Below, piece by piece: positions 39,226 to 51,604 of a DNA stretch of 64,000 bases. Origin of the DNA: Paraphysomonas bandaiensis. Lineage: Eukaryota; Protista; Chrysophyceae. The notes under the pieces were generated by a model. The model was not told the origin of the DNA. It did not search any database and saw nothing but the letters and a program-made list of their open reading frames with translations. Within the stretch, counting starts at the first letter, position 1. Every line of letters begins with the position of its first letter. Location of the stretch: assembly GCA_965644295.1 (NCBI GenBank), contig CBFFRP010000298.1:62001-126000 (forward strand). The letters are read 5' to 3'. A program made the position numbers and the translations under genes.

Positions 39226-39905
39226 ATGGAGGAAATCGATGTTAATGTGGAGGCTGCCGATGAGGTCGGCAACACTGACACCGCTGTCGACGAAGCTGAG
39301 GACCAGCCAGAACCGGTGGTCAAGTTCACCTCAGCCGCTCCCTTGCTGAAACTGTTACAAGAGAAAGACCTAGGAGGTTCGGGTTATATATTGTGATTCT
39401 ACACAACTCTTCTATTTTTTCTGTTGCCTTGCCGGCGAGAGTTCGTCACAAACTGCCATGAGCAAGGTAGAGATCAGGAGAGAGATTATGCAGTAAAATT
39501 CTTATTCTGGTTGCGAGATATTGGTACTCCAGACGAGCACGTTCAGGGCATCTTGCGACACGCTGAGTCTCTCTCAAACCCAACCTACACAAATGAGTGG
39601 GCCAAAAAGAAGGATCCAGGGAGGGTGCGTGCTCCAGAAGATATTCCAGCTGCCTATTCCTAGGCAGACCAGCTTGTAATAACTGCAGGGGCTTCATGTC
39701 TGGTAAGGCTGTCGATATGTCAGTAAATCGTCTGCAAGATATCAAGGATATGGCGCCTAAGCATACAAGAGCCCCCATAATCACCAGCCTCAAGGATCGT
39801 CTTGAGACTCTAAAGGAAAAGGGCTATGACCGAAATGATCCACCCTACCTCTCGCTTTCGCAGGAGCTACTTAAGGAACAAGAAGCTGAGACTATGGAGT
39901 TGTGA
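39226..39905 (+). pseudogene. Orphan transposon-borne gene, disrupted (acidic N-terminus, CxxC)
   Basis: MEEIDVNVEAADEVG...EKDLG, then a probable intron, then segments 39424-39663 and 39597-39905 in different frames. Coding-like composition. Confidence 0.5.
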
Positions 39906-40086
39906 GCTCTTATCACTGAACCTGCAACAGAAGTAAATAACAACGGGTAGAGTTGATATTGAACTGCTTGAAAGTTGTGCATTGCCTGGTTACAGTCATA
40001 ATAAATATGACCAACTTTCTAAATTAATTGTTTTGTAGTAGATCAGCTACTTAACTTAACACATTAATACAAGTTAAGTATTAAAA

Positions 40087-40939
40087 TCAAAATCCTCTAC
40101 CATATGAAGTTGTTAATATTATTTCCTCGTGCGGTTGGATTCTTGTGAAACACCAATCTCTATCGTGCGGTTGGATTCTTGTGAAACACCAATCTCTATC
40201 GTGCGGTTGGATACTTGTGAAACACCAATCCTATCTACAAGCAACTTATAGAGTGAAGAAATTGCATCTTATTATCAATAATCAATATAATATGTTCACT
40301 TAAAGCATATACAATAGAGATCATAGCGTCCGATAGCTGTTTATTACACTTGGTACGCAGCATTTCGTTCTAAATTTTCTTGACATGGTGTCTACTTTCA
40401 GTTGACAATAAGCTCGCACTAACTTCGTAGAATCATTTCTATACCTAGTGTTATGCTTGCTATTGAAATAACTAGCTAAGACTTACCATTACGATAGGCA
40501 CAGTAGTAATCAAGATTGAAATTTTCAGCCAGTTGTAAGATGTATCCACCTTCACCTAGGCGGTCACGTTCTATCCTTTGTTCGTCTGTGAACCAATCAT
40601 CCCCTTCGTATACAGCAATGACATCTCCGTTGTTGTAGGCTATGTGAGAAAGAAGGCCATGACCCGTGCTCAAGGTGTATGTCTGACCATTGCTGTCGCG
40701 AGCTACAAGCAAAGAAACTCTGTTCCTCTATCCTGGCATCGAAAACTAGAATTTGGAGGCGGTTCAAATGTGTGGGCAACTAACAAGTCTTTTGCATTTT
40801 CTTCTATATGAAACATTTCAATAATAATACTTTCCCTATTGGCAGGCAAATCAAAAGGTTGAGGCAATTCAGGTGCCACCTCAATATCCATTTCAACTCC
40901 GTGGCATACTCCATCTCCTCTTTAATCTTCAAAGTCCAT
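40087..40939 (-). pseudogene. SET-domain lysine methyltransferase, frameshifted
   Basis: TGHGLLSHIAYNNGDVIAVYEG (SET-N, G.GL...GD+I..Y.G); GGYILQL...LD; after a 1-nt shift LASYFNS (RFxNHS-equivalent); terminal RIQPHEEIILTTSYG (I..GEE+...YG). Confidence 0.7.
40127..40230. repeat. 36-bp tandem repeat, about 2.9 copies
   Basis: TCGTGCGGTTGGATTCTTGTGAAACACCAATCTCTA at 40127, 40163 and 40199; no spacers. Confidence 0.95.
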
Positions 40940-41869
40940 AGGTATGGCTTCAGTGTTATATAACGGTTGTCAAACTATGAGATGTACTATGTTAAAGTTG
41001 GCGAACACATAGTCTCTTCAAACTGATAATGTTGCTGGCAAAATGTTGCTGAAAATGTTCCTAAATCTATAAAGGGGCTTTTTTCAGCAACATTTTTAGG
41101 AAGAAAAACATGCGAGGAACATGTTCCTCAAAACGTTCCTAAAAAAATGTTCCTAAATGTATAAGGGATACCCTGAGTACCAAACCTTATTTGATAAGAA
41201 CAATTCGTAGTGTATATGGACTGATAGAAGATAACACTTGAATTGGACTGAGTGTATATGTGCCTTGTGCCTTGTGCCTTGTATTGATATCCTACGATAC
41301 GACAAAGTGTGTGTATGTATATATATCTATATGTATGTATGTCGTGTTAGTGTAGTGTATGGAGTATACATATGTGTACTCTGCTGTATATATGGTAGAG
41401 TGTGAGACATAATCGAAATGTTGGAGTAGGAAGATTCATTTTTTTACGTATTTCACGGTATTACTGGTATTACGTTTCCAGGTCAGATTCCATTCCCTGG
41501 TTTCCTGTACGCCACCCTGGGTCTATAGCCGTAGCAGCCCACCGTATAGAGACAGGGAAAATTTCCCATACCCACAGCCCACAGCTCTGTATCTGGATAT
41601 CTATCTCTACCTCCTACCGGTACAGTATACTGTACACTCCACATGTCCGTGTATATGTATATACTGTACGGGTAGGTATACATACATACTCCAGAGCAGA
41701 GATGCGTTGTAGAGTCTATTAAACTGACTGGGAGTCCGTATGAGATATACATAGAACAACACGTCCTGTGATAACGCCCATATGACTATCAGTGGCTGTT
41801 ATAGTGGATACATACCACTAACACTGTAATCATATCGTATATACACATCATTGACACACACAGAGACTG

Positions 41870-44800
41870 ATGACCTCCACAGGCCTTAATGTGGATGTCG
41901 TGCCGAAGTTCTCTAATCCAGATGCGGAATATGTAAGTGACGCATATCTCTTATATATACACGTGTGTGTATGTGTCTGTATGTCTGTATGTACGTGTGT
42001 AAACGTACTTCTCTAATTCCACTATGTGTTTGTTCATTAAGACATATGCGTAAACATGATCCTCTGCTGCTATAGTTGTGATAGTGGTAACTCTTGTTAT
42101 TGTGCAGTGTTTTCGTAAGTACCACTGCCTGGAAGCTAAAGATGTGCTACATAGCAGTTGCAATGGACAAATCTTCTTCAATATATTCCTGATATATGCT
42201 GAAGTCACATGGAATCTCTCTGGGTGTTGTCGCACCAATGTAATTATTTGCCGGGGACTGATTGTTGTTTTTTTGTCTCTCTGGAAGATGTTATTAAAAT
42301 TTGATCGCGTGTATTATTGTGAATATTCATGTCCAGTTATGTATACCTTCTACGGCATTATCTTGCTGGTCATGCATAGCATAGTATCTTATGTACAAGA
42401 CCAAGAGGCCATGGAAGATGTGAATTACTTATTCTATGCAGGCCGGTGGTCTTTGAGTGATGCCATCATATACATAGCTTTCTGCTTCAACGCTACTCTA
42501 AGATTCAGTCAAGCTTTTGCGATATCTTCCGCGTTCATCACTACTTTCACTGTGCTGCCGTTTTTCCTGTACTATCCCGAGTACGACGATTTGCTCCTGG
42601 ACTATAGCGTCTTCTTGCTTCCAGCACTATTCGTCCTCTGTATGTTGTCTGCCCAAGATCTGGAGATGAATTTTCGACTGCGGTTTTTACGACTTAATCA
42701 ACTAGGGCATGACTTAAGACGGCGTGATACTTTAATACATTCTATACTCCCGGAAAACATATCGGAAGCTCTCAAAAAAGGCGAAAAAGAAAAATTAGCT
42801 ACCCATCACGAGAATGTGACTGTGTTATTTTGCTCAATTGTAGATTTTAACAAACACTCATCATCCTGTCATGCTGAGGTGGGTGATTGTCGAACTGATT
42901 ATTGGTCAGATATAGCTAATACTGTAAAATTTTTAGGATATCGTTAAGCTTCTTATTCGAATTGTGACCTTGTTTGACCAAATTGTGGAGCACATGGGAG
43001 TCTATAAGGTGGAGAATATTGCGGATACGTACATGTGTTGCGACGGGCTAAACCGCTCCCTCTTGGGAAACACAGAAGAAATGTTGGGGAGCGGTGATCA
43101 TTCATCGAAAATTGCCCGCACTGCTATTGCCATGAGAGAAGCGACTGAATATTTTCAATGGAGGTGGGCTGATGGATCACCAGTAGTGGTCAAGCTAGGA
43201 ATACACACTGGTAAGCAATGTGTGATTTTTTACTCAATTGTAATACGTACTCCAGGTCCTGTCACAGCCGGTGTGATTGGCACCAAATCATACAGCTACC
43301 ACCTGTTCGGAGATACTGTGAATACGGCTTCGAGAATGTGTACGTATTCCCTTCCTGGACAAATAACAGTATCAAAGAATACAGTGACGCATATTAGAAA
43401 GGCAGATAAATGTAAGAATTTACTATGAATGCTAGTGTACTCTTATTATCTTATGGAGAATATATTTGTGTATAATGTTATCTGTTGCCCTCAATCTATG
43501 TTGAAGTTGTAAACCTTGTCTATCTTGTATATGCTCACTATTTTCCTATTCAGCCCTGTTCACATTTCATAAACGAGGAAAAGTGGACGTGAAAGGCAAA
43601 GGGTGAGTAGCTTTGCTATTGTATACTGCTGTGTTGGTGGCACAGTCGTGGTCTCTTCTTACCTCAGTAGTACTTATGACATCTCTATGTGCAGGCCAAT
43701 GGACTTGTATTGGTTGGATGGATTTCAGTCTGATTTGAACCGAGAATCTCTTGCAGATGTATATGCTATTGATGCGAGAGTGTAAGTCATTACTATATTT
43801 ATCTACACTTCTTATTATATATATTTTCAATTTTAAAACAACCTCACTTCTCGATGTATACAGGGACCTCTCTCAGAATATAGGGCGGTTTTTAGACCAC
43901 CCTGAATCTGAAAATGATGTACCAATTGGAATTCGTCGACTGAACTTAGGCTTCTTCAATGCTCAGGCGGATGCTGCTATTTACAGAGACTTTACTGTGC
44001 TGGACAGATTGTATTACAAATGTACAACTGCTGGACTGAGATATTCCCTGGGTAGGCTATATGCCAGAGGTATGTATCTTTGTATTTGCCTGTAGGTGTA
44101 GAACCCATTTGATATAATATCAAATTATGGTAGAATACATTTCATGCTAATGGTTATATGATTAATTGTATACTCGGGAAAACAAGTCACTGGTGTGCGA
44201 ATAATTCGCTCAAACCTATATATTAAGCTACATTCTTAACCTTTCAATATCTTTTTGATAATTCAGTTAAGCGAATGTTTGATAAAACTCCACACTACTC
44301 CGAAACTGAAAGTAGAGCTTCAACTCCTCCATTTCCCGCGAAAAGTCCAAATAGAAGTCCTTCCAGGACGCCCAGAATCACTCCGACTTCCCCATTGTCG
44401 TTGTGTAGCCCTTCTCAAACGGATGTTGAGTCTGGCTATCCCAATAAGAGGCGCACTACAGGTATATTTGCATGCTAGTTTACGTTGAAGTTGTGGTGTG
44501 GCGTCTATCTGGAAATATATAATACCGTGTTGTTGTGTGTTTCATTATATGTACGAACATATCACATCTTTTTTTCTACGTAGAATCTACGCAGAGGTTG
44601 TCCAACTCTACATGGGCAACCTTGTCATCAAGACACTCATCGCAAGCATTAGCCCGAGAGGCTTTGACCTGCAACAGTGACGATGATGTCAGTCATAATG
44701 AAAATGACGCCATTTCTCAATTCAAGACTCCGACCCAAGAGTATTTTAAACGAGCTTCCTGGGTTTCTGAAGAGAATAAAGTTGATTATGGGGAATCTGA

Positions 44801-47800
44801 TTCCAAGAAGCCACACTATTTCAAAATGACCTCGAAAACCGATGTTGTACTTCACTTATCCTCGGAATCTGGCTTAGAACGTGTTGACAGCAATGATGTT
44901 CGCGCGATGAGGTCAGTATATTTATGGTGTGGGGAGTTAATGTGGACAGCGTATCACATGATATTGTGCGATTATAAGTGATGTGCATGTTATTTTCAGA
45001 ATGCGCGCTTGTGATTGTTAGGACGACATAGTCTATGTAATATGTACAGAGTTGTATTTTTATGACAGAAATAATTCTGGTATGTAGAAGTGAAGATTTC
45101 CATGTTGTTGAGTCGGACCTGGGCTTAATATCACATGAGAACAGTAAGTAACTTGCATTCCTATATCTGCACGTAGATGTACCTTTATGTTATATATCAT
45201 TTATGTATTGTTATATCTTATATATTTTTAGCGTCAGATGCCAACTGGCTTACTGAAGATATGCCCCAGTCAAGGCCTCTACCACCGCGACCATCGACTA
45301 GCAGTGTAAGTCCTAGAATACATCCCGTAGAAGCCATGGAAGGTATCCCCTCTTCTCATACTGCTATGGAACTAAGACCAAAGAGTGCGAGTGATGCGAC
45401 ATACCCTGCCCAATCTACAACTAACTTGATGCCAACGAAGCCGATGGAAATAGAATCTAGCTCTAGTAAGGCATACCATAGGAGTCTGAGTGATTCAAAC
45501 CAGGCAGGTGGTAGTGATTCCACTTCTAGTCCACAAAAAGGATATGTACGGGCAAGAAGCTGTGATTTGAGTCCCGCTGAGAATCGCTCTTATACGTCTC
45601 AGCTATATGGTAGGCATAGTCCAGCCGGGCTGGATCGAGATGGAGATAAAATTGATGTTATTAGAGAGCGAAAGCAATCAGGTGTAAATATGTCCGGCGT
45701 TCTGAGACGAGGAAGCTCTATACTATCTTCAGCGTTTTTGCATTCCAATTCCAACTCCAGAGGCGGTGGATCGTGGATGTCAACCAGCTCGGATCATAGT
45801 GGAAGTAAGCAGAAAAGTGCGAGTGACATATACTCTCAGCGAATAGATGAAGAGGAAAACAGTAGGTATAAGTAGAGTATGAAGTAGTATGTCTTATACT
45901 CACCGATTATGTATCTTTAGGCTGGATGCACTAGTGGAGCACTCATCTTGTCACCATACTATAGCTTCGTATCAAGCAATGCACTCAAAGGCCCAGGATC
46001 TGGAAAATAATTTTCGGGAACGCTCCAATAAACAAAACATGGACCAAATACGACGAGTGTTGATGTTGGTATTACTTTATCAGTTGTTTTACATACTAAT
46101 AGGTACGTTCGATGGGGGTAGTTTATGGAGTTGCTTTTTTACCGTATTATTTAGGTGACTTTATTTCTGCGGACATATATGGAGCTGTGGTTGTATTTTC
46201 GGCCCTGATCTTTACTACTATATTTGAGCAGGCGTACGCCAATATTCAATTAGTAAGTTTTTGTTTTATTTAATCTATATCCCTTCTAAAGTTTTTGATA
46301 AAATACTAACACTCAATGTGTGGACAGTTGTGTTTCGGTAATATACGTGTAATGCAAGCTCTATGTGTATATAGGTTGGAATTGGCTTAGTGGCAATTGT
46401 TTTTACGTTGCATGCTCAAAATGTCAGAAATCGTGACCAGAGAAGTATTCCTGTTCATGGAATATGCCTAATTGTATTTGCGGTGGTCAATGTTCACCTT
46501 AGACTTCGATTTGCTTATTGTGCTCTTCTCTCAAGTGTCATATTGTGTTTCATTTTGTTACACTTGACGCTAACTTCCGAGCCAATAGAATCGTGGCAAA
46601 TTGGAGTCAGTGCCTATATCGTATTTATGACCATCTCGACGTTGCAGCAGTGCTACGTCAAAGAGAAGTCTTTAAGAATAACTTTCCGGCGCCTACAAAG
46701 TTTGCAAGAGGACAGTGACCAGTCCACCCAGTTGTTGGAAAATATGTTACCAAGACCTGTGCATGCTAAACAATTACTGCAAGGAGAACTCGTATTTGAT
46801 GAGCTGCATAATGTGACGCTCCTGTACAGCGACATTAAGGGGTTTACTCCCTTATCTGCCAGACTAAAGCCTCAAGTACTTTGTAAGCTGCTAAACTTGA
46901 TTTACTCCGCATTCGACAGACACTTAGAACACTTTGGGTTGTATAAAGTTGGTAAGTTTAACCGTACTTTGCTCTTAGTCTGTGAAGCTTAATAGACGGC
47001 CTCTCATAGTTTTTAATTTGTTAACTCTTTCCCATGTATACTGTGTAATACATATATAATATCTTATGTAATTTACAGACACCATTGGAGATGCCTTCAT
47101 AGTTGTTGGAGGGCTGCCAGGGTACAATAGCCAGCATAATCACGCTCTCTCATGTCTTCAGTTCGCTTTGCATATGCAAAATGACATGAAGATTATACGT
47201 AGTGCATGTGATGTCGACGTCGAACTCCGCATTGGGATTCACACTGGTAGTGTTATTGGGTCTGTGATTAGTCTGAACAAGCCAAGGTATCTCTTGTGGG
47301 GTAGTGCAACACAAGTAGCAGGAGCAATGGAGTCATGTGGAACCCCAGGAACTATACATCTGTCCAGGTATATATGTGTAGTTGCGTCAATGTAATGCAC
47401 TTCACTTCATTAGTTATTGTTATGTATGATGTATAATAGATTTTTAAATATCTGACGAAATTCTGTACAGTGAGACTGCCAAGATTCTAGAAGACGACGA
47501 CTTGTCATGTTACAACATTACCCTTGCAAAGCAAGACTTCAACCCTGATGTAGCTCTTCACACAGATGCATCCTACGTTGCCACTTGCTCTGATTTGCGA
47601 CCATTTTTTCACGATACTTGGTCCAGTGGGTATTCACCCACAAGAAACATATCTTCTGAACAAGAGGACAGTACCATTTTGGGTGTCATGGGAAATATCG
47701 CAAAGCAGTTACACAACAACCTCCGCGGTGTGAACAGTGGTGCGACCACCATGGATAGCGAGAGCTTTGACGATATCACTAGCTCCAGTTTGGATGGAAA

Positions 47801-48674
47801 TGTGGTGGTAAAGTCACCGAAAAGGAAATCTGGGTCATTTTTTAACTCTGCCGCGATTGATGAGTTGAAGGAATTTGCAGATAGGTATTAATTTTGTGAG
47901 TGCTATAACGTGCGAGGTGGCAATATTATTAAATGTCCTATTAATCCTATTACACTTTACGATTACATAGAGTGCAACTGTTCTCTATGTGACTGTGTAT
48001 GATCGTATTGCGTGCTTTGACGTTTCCTTATATAGTGATGATGAGAACGCATCTGAAAGCAATACGAATGACAGAAGGTCACGAAAACTGCGCCTGGTAT
48101 CCCGAAAGAGCTCGATAGTAGATGTGGCTGCTACAATGTGGAGACGAGTGGCATGTAAGTATATCAGTGGTGCTGTGTGGTGTTGAATTCAAAATTCCAA
48201 TGCTGGGCATATTTGTTACAACTCACAGCATCACAGTATTTGTTGTATGTTGAGACTTGACATCGTATATGCGTATGTGTTTTGACATCAGTATATTTGT
48301 CGTACTTGATTTGTGGTTGTGATCTATCATTATCTTCTAGATTCACATGTCGTTTTATCAATTCTCATCATTTTGCAGCCGTTAGTGCCACAGACGGTGT
48401 TCTTAGCACAGAAGATGAAGAATTAAAACTGGATGATAAATTAGATAAAAGTCATGTTCACAAGTCAGTGAGCAGCCAGGTTATGATTTTACAGGGCATT
48501 AATCGTTCGACACTACCAAAGTCCCCTGTTCCTGTCAGTATTGTATTTGTTGACGGTGGCACAACGGGCTGTAGAAATGGTAGTGTAAGAGTGACAAGTT
48601 CAGCTAAAACACAAGGGTCGAGCATTAAGTCAACAGTATCGCATACTGCTTTGGATAGTCGTAAATATACCTAG
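41870..48674 (+). CDS. Membrane class III nucleotide cyclase with two TM clusters and two catalytic domains, probably a guanylyl cyclase; 5' exon structure uncertain
   Basis: C1: VTVLFCSIVDF...YKVENIADTYM...[33 protein letters not shown]...VDVKGKG. C2: VTLLYSDIKGFT...YKVDTIGDAF...RIGIHTGSVIGSVISLNKPRYLLWGSATQVAGAMES. Each domain is preceded by hydrophobic helices and an ILP/MLP helical linker. Confidence 0.85.
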
Positions 48675-51604
48675 GATATAATGCAAGTTATCATATGCTG
48701 GTGTACAACTGTGCAGCCTGGATACAGAAAGGTCCGTATGGAAGTGGCCCCATCTAGGTATTCCTGTCATTTTTTATCGAAATGTCGATGGAAATAATTT
48801 TTTGAGTTCTATCTCTCTTACTATTGAAGTATCCAGCAAAGAGGATTTATGGAGAACCATTTAATATTTGTAAGAGATAGTTTTGTACGTTTCAAAAACA
48901 GAATAAAGGGTATATTTTGTAGTGTGTATCCCTGAAGTGCTGTGGCGCACTATATGGCTGAGTGAATGAATAATTGTACAATCCTTTATTATTATAATGA
49001 ACACCGTCGAAAGGGTTATCGATTCTATATCAATTTATGTAAACATTGTCGTCTTTACATGCTGTGATTTTAATAATTATCAATTAATAATGAGATTGGA
49101 TGAATAAACATGGCTCAAGTACAGACGGTTTGAAAAGTAGAGATTTAATAAATCTATAAGGATTTGGGTTATTATTAAAACATATTGAGATAAATTATCG
49201 TTGAGTAAGATAACAAGTAGGCTTGGATAGTCTGTTCCACTATAGTAGGACTGCTGATCAAACTGCATTGAAGACCACTGTGTGAAGTCATATGAAAACC
49301 ATCGGCGAGAAAAAGGAATATTCTAGTCACACTTTATTTGTGGAAAAACAAGTGATTCAACCTACTAATCAAAAATAGTGTACTAAACTTGGTAGTTTTT
49401 ATATCCATCGATTACATATTGTGACTGTCTAAGATATATTCACACACCACACAACATTAAAATGGCTTACAGAGCATCAAAATAAACATTCCAACATAAC
49501 AATTTATTCATGTATACATATCCATATCAACTCAACGCAGTGTAGGCGTGTACACAGCATATCTATATAGCTTGCTAGCATATAACGATGGATCTCTTGT
49601 TAGTGGTCCTAATTGCATTACGTACTGCGCTCGTCATCGTGTTGCTAACAGTGTTGAACGCTACTTCATATTCTTTTCCAGACCAAAGCACACACGACTA
49701 TCTTGAGACATGGACATGTTCTCCCAACCATTTGAAATTTCTAAATGACTATTCTCGCAGGTATTACATATATATATCATCTCTCGTCCAATGACAGAAT
49801 AAAGGATATATATCTTGAAATTTTTGAAGTGTCTGTGAGACAGTGGCCGAAACCCCACCTCAACAACCAGCACCATCTCCACCACCGACTTGCACTCTCA
49901 TATACATCTCGCCTCACCCACCCCCCACATAATCCATGGCACAGGTCCGCCAGACACATTGCCCAAAGGTAGACCCCCCGACTAACCTCACTACAAGGGA
50001 CGGTTGCACCATGGTGCTCGCAGCGATGCACAAGCAGTCCCGAGACAGTTGCCCGCCACTAGTAGTATATAGCAAATCTAGTTATTAGCTAGTCTATAGA
50101 CATAAACTAGTTTCTGTACGCAACCGTACTCATGTAATAATCAGACTTTCATATATGTCTGTGAGATACAATACGGTTTGCATAAATATTGCAACTCAGC
50201 CGTTGAATGCACTCAATCCACCTCTTACAGTCTGTCTTATTACAGCTTTGGTTTGTTGTTTCGTGAAGAGGGTTTTTTCTCTTTCTTTACATATTATTAT
50301 GAATATCTATATACTGCTTACAAATAAGCAAAAGCGCAGCACGTTATCGGAAACTGCATTCTTAAACGGTAGTGGTTAAAATACACTCAGTAATCAATTA
50401 TTAAGTTGCTATCAACAACTCTCATCTTTCATATATTGTTATTTCCTGAATTTATGTCATTCATAATTACTACCAATCAATGCCACCCGATCTTATTGGA
50501 TAAATAGTCAAGATCTTATTATACTACAGTCTAAAAGTATTTCAGTTTCTCCAGACATATATAATGTATATCATACCAGTAGTGAATGTCTAATTATTAG
50601 CAATAGGCGTGTAAGCGTCAGAACAAATGTAGCAAAACAATATAACTTACTAGTGCTTAACTCTGATGTCCTACTATTTAGCTCTACCAAAGCTGCTTGT
50701 GCGTCACCACAAGCACCAAGGTGCAACCACTTTCGCTCTATCACTCAAACAATCAAGCAGAGTGTTGATACACCTGACATCTGCTAACTTCAGGATTTTA
50801 AAATCCTTGTGACTTTTCTTTGTACTGGACGCACACAAACTGTGATCTCATTAGATCCGTAATGCGTTTGAAACATTTTCATCTGTAAGAGGTGAACAGC
50901 CCGGATGTTTGACTTCAGCAGGCAGCCCAATACCCCGGATGCTCTTGAGGTGGACCCATTTCCGGATGCCTGTTTATTCGTCAACGCTTAAAGAAAACTA
51001 CACAAGTGATACTTATTAGTGTCCCTTATGCCACACAAGCTTTCCGCTCAGAGTTGGCAGAACAATATCTGCTGACAATATATGCCTCTCACGTTAGTTT
51101 CCCAAAGAAATCTTTCCGGTGCTTATCCCCCAGAACACCACGAAAAGGTGCGAGTTTGACTTTGTTGAGGGATATCATATCATTAAGTCATATATATGCT
51201 ACTGTTTCAACTACTGTATTCTCAACTAGCAATTATAATTCTAATACATTGAAATACAATTAACTTTTTTATACAACTTTCAATTGCTTTGGTACATGCG
51301 AAAGTCAGTACTTCTGACTATTCTATTTATGTCGATTTAGATGAACCTAACCACAATCAAGTAGTTCTAAAACGGTTACTTCATCATATATGTAAGCTCT
51401 TTTTATTAAAGATAAGTAGATATGTAGATATTATGGTTGGCTAGGATTAACGCTTGAATGCCACCTGACCAGTGCTACCATAACAAGAATATACAAAATC
51501 TATGTGTATTTTATTTATTTAATGAAGATATCTAACATTGCTTATACATAATAACCATCTGAACTACCGTTGATACAAATCATTGTCATCCATATGAACA
51601 GAAT

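Larger units (their letters stand above)
38946..41173. mobile_element. Non-autonomous PIF/Harbinger-like DNA transposon with SET-domain cargo
   Basis: Ends GGGTATTCCTTATA and TATAAGGGATACCC (13/14 match). 3-bp TSD TGA at 38943-38945 and 41174-41176. About 140-200 bp of subterminal AGGAACATTT/AGCAACATTT repeats, mainly in inverted orientation at the two ends. No DDE transposase seen. Confidence 0.75.
38790..41497. repeat. Perfect 138-bp inverted repeat pair (38790-38927 and 41360-41497); possible MITE/foldback
   Basis: GGGAATGGAATCTGACC...GTATACTCCA and its exact reverse complement; no TSD recognisable. Confidence 0.9.

Noticed and set aside
40127-40230. 36-bp direct repeats containing GAAAC, superficially CRISPR-like
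   Set aside because: Units are contiguous with no spacers, there are no cas genes, the context is eukaryotic, and the repeat is in frame within the SET pseudogene.
49560-50110. GC-richer patch with short ORFs and a CTAG end; possible Helitron or transposase relic
   Set aside because: No convincing hairpin, termini or recognisable protein motif. Probably decayed repeat DNA but unassignable.
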